Positions 59,901 to 64,000 of a DNA stretch of 64,000 nt are shown one piece after another. The position numbers and the translations under genes were made by a program. The notes under the pieces are model-generated. The model searched no databases, was not told the origin of the DNA, and worked only from the letters and a program-made list of their open reading frames with translations. Numbering within the stretch: the first letter of the stretch is position 1; every line of letters begins with the position of its first letter. The DNA comes from Escherichia coli (GTDB taxonomy: Bacteria > Pseudomonadota > Gammaproteobacteria > Enterobacterales > Enterobacteriaceae): assembly GCF_024700885.2 (NCBI RefSeq), contig NZ_CP117016.1. The stretch is one strand, 5' to 3'.

Positions 59901-61883
59901 GGCTTTTTTCACGCCTTGCGCATCGCTATAAACGATGTCAAAAGCGGCGTTACTGCCTTCATCAACAATGGGCTGTTTCACCGTGCTGTCAGTGCGATAA
60001 TCGTAAACCGATTTCGAGGCGAACTGCGGACGGATCCCCGGCAATGCATCGGCAGGCCAGATAGCCTGCTCAGCGCGGCGCGTCACCGGGCGACCGCCCG
60101 ATTCCAACAAACTACCCTGGAAAATAACCTGTAATGGGGAATGCGTTTCCTTCCACTGGCTTTCTGTAGAAACTTCGCCACGCCCTTTATCATCCAGCGT
60201 CAACTGAACTTCATCCAGCGTGCGGGAAAGATTTTCGGCAGCTATATCGCCGAATTCGAAACCAGGTAAGGCTGACACAGCTTCACGCAGTGGGCGCAGG
60301 AAAAGTTGCCCTTGCAAAGTATTACCATTAGCAGGCGCACCATACAGGTAGTACCCCACCACGGAAAATCTCACTTCATCTTTCGGCGTTAGCGGGGTTT
60401 TCTCACCAGTCAGATTCAGCGCCATGCGCTCTGGCATAAAATCTTCGACGTGGAAATCCCACATCCGGTACTGGTTATCGCCCGTGTTAGCGCGAATATG
60501 CCACATACCGGTTGCCGCATTGCTATCGAGTGGCCAGGTAAAGTGGTAGAGGCCATTCTCCGGCTGACTAACGACGCTCCTGAGTACCTGCCCGTCGGGT
60601 TTAATCACGTCTAACTTGATGGGTTGATCGGGCAATGCTTTACCATCTGCATCACGCAATAAACCATTGAGGATAACTGTTTCACCAGGGCGATAAAGAT
60701 CGCGCGGGCCAAACATGAAAAACTGTTTGCTATAGCCTGGCGCGCCAGCAATGATAAATTCTGCTAAGTCCAGCGCCGGAAGTTTTAAATCGAGTAGCGT
60801 TGTCTGACCGTCTTTACGCGCCAGCAGTAATGCCGCGTTTTTATCATTTTCCAGCTGCACATGCCCCTGAGCATCACTGGTTGCCTGAGTCAGAGTCTGC
60901 CCTTTCTCATTTAATAAAGAGACTTCTATTCCTTGCTGGGCCGCGCCGTTTTCCAGACTTTGGGTAAAGATATCCAGACGATTGTGATAACGGTGAGCTG
61001 AAACGCCGATATCACTTAACGTAAACAGCGTCGCGGGATTACTGTAATCGTAACGTCCAGCCTGATTCATCACAGCCAGGTACACGCCTGCCTGCTGAAG
61101 CGGTTTGATATCGCCCAACGGCAGCAATAATTTTTCACGGGTGTTACGCGCAGGATTGAGATCAAACCGTCCGGTGTAGACCAGATCCGCCATCTGCAGC
61201 AGTTTGTCAGACTGCCAGTTCGCCAGCGAATTGCGGTATTCCCATTGGCTAATGAATGCTGGCAGAGATTCTGGCTTAACACGGAAGAAGTTAACATCGA
61301 CATTATTAACATTGAGCGCCATTACCGGCAGCCCTTCAATAACTTTACCAGGTAACAACGAGCCACGGCTGGCAAAACCGACGCTGGGTTGGATATCGCG
61401 GGTAGTTATAGTTTTTTCGTAATCTTTACTGAAGGTTGCGTTGTTGAGTGCTTTGACCTCCTTGCCAATAGTGACGATCAAATCACGTTTCGGTTCGAGG
61501 TGGCGTAAACGCAACTCTTTAAGATTATCTGACAGCTCCCAGGCACCATCCACTTTGCCGCTTTTCTTATCGACGACATGGATAACGCGTGAGAAATCCT
61601 GATCCGGGTCGAGAGGGATGGAGAACGTCAGCACCAGCGTGGCTGCGCCATCAAGTTGAACTTCAGAGAGATCCAGCAATGTCAGCGCCTTACCGGCACT
61701 CTGTTGTGCCAGTTTTTGTCGCTCCGGCACGGAGAGTTTTGCTGAACTCGCGTTTTCTGAAGAGACCGCTTTAGTAACTTCAGAAGGCGCATCTTTTTTC
61801 ACCGCTGTTGGCGCGTTATCGTTGTTGTCGCACCCTGCCAGCGCCAGCATTAGCATGCAGGCGGCTACGCGTAACTTTTTCAT
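56925..61883 (-). CDS. yfhM: bacterial alpha-2-macroglobulin lipoprotein
   Basis: 1652 aa with lipobox LAGC and thioester motif GCLEQ (YPYGCLEQT). Confidence 0.9.
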   Translation of the reverse strand: MKKLRVAACMLMLALAGCDNNDNAPTAVKKDAPSEVTKAVSSENASSAKLSVPERQKLAQQSAGKALTLLDLSEVQLDGAATLVLTFSIPLDPDQDFSRVIHVVDKKSGKVDGAWELSDNLKELRLRHLEPKRDLIVTIGKEVKALNNATFSKDYEKTITTRDIQPSVGFASRGSLLPGKVIEGLPVMALNVNNVDVNFFRVKPESLPAFISQWEYRNSLANWQSDKLLQMADLVYTGRFDLNPARNTREKLLLPLGDIKPLQQAGVYLAVMNQAGRYDYSNPATLFTLSDIGVSAHRYHNRLDIFTQSLENGAAQQGIEVSLLNEKGQTLTQATSDAQGHVQLENDKNAALLLARKDGQTTLLDLKLPALDLAEFIIAGAPGYSKQFFMFGPRDLYRPGETVILNGLLRDADGKALPDQPIKLDVIKPDGQVLRSVVSQPENGLYHFTWPLDSNAATGMWHIRANTGDNQYRMWDFHVEDFMPERMALNLTGEKTPLTPKDEVRFSVVGYYLYGAPANGNTLQGQLFLRPLREAVSALPGFEFGDIAAENLSRTLDEVQLTLDDKGRGEVSTESQWKETHSPLQVIFQGSLLESGGRPVTRRAEQAIWPADALPGIRPQFASKSVYDYRTDSTVKQPIVDEGSNAAFDIVYSDAQGVKKAVSGLQVRLIRERRDYYWNWSEDEGWQSQFDQKDLIENEQTLDLKADETGKVSFPVEWGAYRLEVKAPNEAVSSVRFWAGYSWQDNSDGSGAVRPDRVTLKLDKASYRPGDTIKLHIAAPTAGKGYAMVESSEGPLWWQEIDVPAQGLDLTIPVDKTWNRHDLYLSTLVVRPGDKSRSATPKRAVGVLHLPLGDENRRLDLALETPTKMRPNQPLTVKIKASNKNGEMPKQVNVLVSAVDSGVLNITDYVTPDPWQAFFGQKRYGADIYDIYGQVIEGQGRLAALRFGGDGDELKRGGKPPVNHVNIVAQQALPVTLNEQGEGSVTLPIGDFNGELRVMAQAWTADDFGSNESKVIVAAPVIAELNMPRFMASGDTSRLTLDITNLTDKPQKLNVALTASGLLELVSVSPAAVELAPGVRTTLFIPVRALPGYGDGEIQATISGLALPGETVADQHKQWKIGVRPAFPAQTVNYGTALQPGETWAIPADGLQNFSPVTLEGQLLLSGKPPLNIARYIKELKAYPYGCLEQTASGLFPSLYTNAAQLQALGIKGDSDEKRRASVDIGISRLLQMQRDNGGFALWDKNGDEEYWLTAYVMDFLVRAGEQGYSVPTDVINRGNERLLRYLQDPGMMSIPYADNLKASKFAVQSYAALVLARQQKAPLGALREIWEHRADAASGLPLLQLGVALKTMGDATRSEEAIALALKTPRNDERKWLGDYGSPLRDNALMLSLLEENKLLPDEQNTLLNTLSQQAFGERWLSTQESNALFMAARTIQDLPGKWQAQTSFSAEPLTGEKAQNSNLNSDQLATLQVTNSGDQPLWLRVDANGYPQSAPLPANNVLQIERHILGTDGKSKSLDSLRSGDLVLVWLQVKASNSVPDALVVDLLPAGLELENQNLANGSASLEQSGGEVQNLLNQMQQASIKHIEFRDDRFVAAVAVDEYQPVTLVYLARAVTPGTYQVPQPMVESMYVPQWRATGAAEDLLIVRP

Positions 61884-62089
61884 TTTTCATCCCTGCCACA
61901 ATGGCCCGTTAGCAACGTCGAATAATTATTATGCGTGAGAATTTACGTTATGTAATTCAGTATCACGCCCATACAATCCGAATTTTAGTGAGAATTGTGG
62001 CTCAGACAGCCAAATCAGCCTCTTTTGCTTGTCGCTTTTCACTAAACATCCGACAATTTAGCCTAACCCCGGCAAAAATGGAGATGCCT

Positions 62090-62935
62090 ATGTCCACGAC
62101 ATGGTTTGTAGGAGCCGACTGGCTCGCCGAACATATTGATGACCCGGAAATTCAGATTATCGATGCCCGCATGGCGTCGCCTGGACAGGAAGATCGTAAC
62201 GTTGCTCAGGAGTATCTGAATGGACATATTCCCGGCGCAGTGTTTTTTGATATAGAAGCGCTTTCTGATCACACTTCCCCGCTTCCGCACATGCTGCCGC
62301 GCCCGGAAACGTTCGCCGTGGCGATGCGTGAATTAGGCGTTAACCAGGACAAGCACCTGATTGTCTATGACGAAGGTAATCTTTTCTCAGCCCCACGAGC
62401 ATGGTGGATGCTGCGCACCTTTGGTGTAGAGAAAGTGTCGATTCTGGGTGGTGGACTTGCAGGCTGGCAGCGCGATGATCTGCTGTTAGAAGAAGGTGCA
62501 GTAGAGCTGCCGGAAGGAGAGTTTAACGCCACGTTTAATCCTGAAGCCGTGGTGAAAGTCACCGATGTGTTATTGGCAAGCCATGAAAATACGGCGCAAA
62601 TTATTGATGCCCGCCCGGCTGCACGTTTTAACGCAGAAGTTGATGAACCTCGCCCAGGTTTACGTCGCGGACATATTCCCGGTGCATTGAACGTTCCGTG
62701 GACGGAACTGGTGCGCGAAGGCGAACTAAAAACGACCGATGAACTGGATGCTATATTTTTTGGTCGCGGCGTCAGCTATGACAAACCGATTATCGTCAGC
62801 TGCGGCTCTGGTGTAACGGCAGCCGTGGTTTTGTTGGCACTCGCGACGCTGGATGTGCCAAACGTGAAAATGTACGACGGCGCATGGAGTGAATGGGGCG
62901 CACGGGCAGATTTACCGGTTGAGCCAGTGAAATAA
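62090..62935 (+). CDS. sseA: 3-mercaptopyruvate sulfurtransferase
   Basis: 281 aa from MSTTWFVGADW (ATG 62090). Tandem rhodanese domains; catalytic CGSGVTA. Confidence 0.9.
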   Translation: MSTTWFVGADWLAEHIDDPEIQIIDARMASPGQEDRNVAQEYLNGHIPGAVFFDIEALSDHTSPLPHMLPRPETFAVAMRELGVNQDKHLIVYDEGNLFSAPRAWWMLRTFGVEKVSILGGGLAGWQRDDLLLEEGAVELPEGEFNATFNPEAVVKVTDVLLASHENTAQIIDARPAARFNAEVDEPRPGLRRGHIPGALNVPWTELVREGELKTTDELDAIFFGRGVSYDKPIIVSCGSGVTAAVVLLALATLDVPNVKMYDGAWSEWGARADLPVEPVK

Positions 62936-62951
62936 GCTTTTTACAGGCAAT

Positions 62952-62980
62952 AAAAAACCGCCGAATTTGGCGGTTTTTTA
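62952..62980 (+). terminator. sseA rho-independent terminator
   Basis: AAAAAACCGCC-gaattt-GGCGGTTTTTT. Confidence 0.7.
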
Positions 62981-62983
62981 TTG

Positions 62984-63695
62984 TGCACAGAAAACCCCCA
63001 GCTAGGCTGGGGGTTCCGGAAAGCTTTCAGCTTTGAGCCAGTTATTAAAACCCCTTTTGATTTGTTAAAACACCTTGCGGTCTGGCAACTGCAAGTGTCA
63101 AACAAGAAATCAAAAGGGGGTCCCAATGGGGGACGAAAAGAGCTTAGCGTACACCCGCTGGAACTGTAAATATCACATAGTTTTTGCGCCGAAATACCGA
63201 AGACTGGCGTTTTACGGAGAGAAGCGTAGGGCGATAGGCAGTATTTTGAGAAAGCTGTGTGAGTGGAAAAGCGTACGGATTCTGGAAGCAGAGTGCTGCG
63301 CAGATCATATCCATATGCTTGTGGAAATCCCACCCAAAATGAGCGTATCCGGCGTTATGGGATATCTGAAAGGGAAAAGCAGTCTGATGCTTTACGAGCA
63401 GTTTGGGGATTTGAAATTCAAATACAGAAACAGGGAGTTCTGGTGCCGAGGGTACTATGTCGATACGGTGGGTAAGAACACGGCGAAGATACAGGACTAC
63501 ATAAAGCACCAGCTTGAAGAGGATAAAATGGGGGAGCAGTTATCGATTCCATATCCGGGCAGCCCGTTTACGGGCCGTAAGTAACGAAGTTGAATGCAAA
63601 TGTCAGATCGTATGCGCCTGTTAGGGCGCGGCTGGTAACAGAGCCTTACAGGCGCATTTGAAAAACCTCCGGCTATGCCGGAGGATATTTATTTG
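62984..63695 (+). mobile_element. IS200 insertion sequence (~712 bp)
   Basis: Contains a Y1 transposase gene. Left-end hairpin CCCCCAGC-tag-GCTGGGGG (62995-63013) and right-end hairpin CCTCCGGC-tat-GCCGGAGG. Boundaries were inferred by comparison with the uninterrupted duplicate module at 63931-63993. Confidence 0.75.
63126..63584 (+). CDS. tnpA: IS200/IS605-family Y1 transposase TnpA
   Basis: 152 aa from MGDEKSLAYTRWNCKYHIVFAPKYRR, with the HUH motif (DHIHMLV) and catalytic Tyr region. Confidence 0.9.
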   Translation: MGDEKSLAYTRWNCKYHIVFAPKYRRLAFYGEKRRAIGSILRKLCEWKSVRILEAECCADHIHMLVEIPPKMSVSGVMGYLKGKSSLMLYEQFGDLKFKYRNREFWCRGYYVDTVGKNTAKIQDYIKHQLEEDKMGEQLSIPYPGSPFTGRK

Positions 63696-63726
63696 CTGGT
63701 CTGGTTCGCGGCCTTTCCAGCAGGTT
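63696..63726. repeat. 31-nt box ctggtCtggttcgcggcctttccagcaggtt, copy 1
   Basis: Repeated at 63963-63993 with one C/T difference. In both copies it follows an AAAACCGCC...GGCGGTTTTTT hairpin; in copy 1 the IS200 separates them. Confidence 0.8.
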
Positions 63727-63962
63727 GTATTACTGCAAGTGTATCTCGTCTACTCAATACTCGCTTTATGCATCAACGATGTCAAGTAGATAAAAAAGGA
63801 TAGATTTTGAATTCATTTGGCTTATCAGTCCGAATTCAGACAAATATAAACAAATCCCGCTTAATATTAAAATATACTAACTGGTAAAAGATATTACTTA
63901 AACGTGTAATTTCACTTTCTTTAAACAACAAAAAACCGCCAAAATCAGGCGGTTTTTTGTTG

Positions 63963-63993
63963 CTGGTTTGGTTCGCGGCCTTTCCAGCAGGTT
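63963..63993. repeat. 31-nt box, copy 2 (with its terminator-like hairpin at 63931-63958)
   Basis: Direct sequence comparison with 63696-63726. Confidence 0.8.
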
Positions 63994-64000
63994 CACTTGT

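Noticed and set aside
54612-61883. yfhM-pbpC pair as a candidate novel system
   Set aside because: This is the already described bacterial alpha-2-macroglobulin / PBP1C periplasmic defence-and-repair pair. The thioester CLEQ motif and the gene order are canonical.
61931-62089. 53-codon N-terminal extension of sseA given by the ORF track
   Set aside because: The extension has a non-coding-like composition. The ATG at 62090 gives the 281-aa protein starting MSTTWFVGADW that I recall for SseA.
62941-63509. Minus-strand ORFs 62941-63333 and 63144-63509 inside IS200
   Set aside because: They run antisense to the well-supported tnpA gene and span the IS200 left-end hairpin. They are shadow ORFs.
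63694-63789. Small peptides readable through the 31-nt box: MLVWFAAFPAGCITASV... from TTG 63694, and a hydrophobic ...QQVVLLQVYLVYSILALCINDVK frame, considered as possible type I toxin candidates
   Set aside because: There is no convincing start codon or RBS, and the hydrophobic frame has no start conserved in the second copy. The evidence is limited to one synonymous/non-synonymous difference. I kept only the locus-level note.

Overview
E. coli-type chromosome segment: yfgG(3' end)-yfgH-yfgI, then guaA-guaB-xseA-yfgJ-der-bamB-yfgM-hisS-ispG-rodZ-rlmN-ndk-pbpC-yfhM-sseA. Two mobile elements interrupt it. (1) A complete ~39-kb podoviral prophage (1539-40571) sits in the 3' end of guaA. Its layout matches my recollection of the epsilon15/phiV10/SPN1S group: GH19 endolysin lysis cassette, tailspike with the conserved MTVSTEVDHNEYTGNGV N-terminus, three large ejection proteins, T7 gp11/gp12-like tail tube proteins, HK97-type capsid, portal, TerS/TerL, lambda O/P-like replication genes with iterons, cro/cI-like immunity region, RecT/exonuclease, MT-A70 methylase and a P4-type integrase. 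(2) An IS200 copy (62984-63695) lies immediately after the sseA terminator. The housekeeping part looks ordinary. The strongest candidate for something new is in the prophage accessory slot between the lysis cassette and the tailspike. There, an AT-rich, AGA-codon-rich hexapeptide-repeat (LbH) acetyltransferase gene ends in 42.5 mismatch-free copies of the octanucleotide ACAGCAGC. This tract reads as the same AAQQHSST peptide in all three frames and exits into three different C-termini. Further observations: a TTACC-N5-GGTAA operator set scattered across the whole prophage; a second conserved box (AACCACATATGG-like) upstream of each leftward transcription unit; a 1.2-kb opposite-strand island (long leader, tRNA-Arg-UCU, two terminators, Cys-containing 16-aa-repeat protein) splitting terL from the portal gene; and a regulator-palindrome-terminator-repeat arrangement upstream of terS. 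All functional calls rest on motifs I could read by eye and on recalled family knowledge. No database or HMM search was possible.
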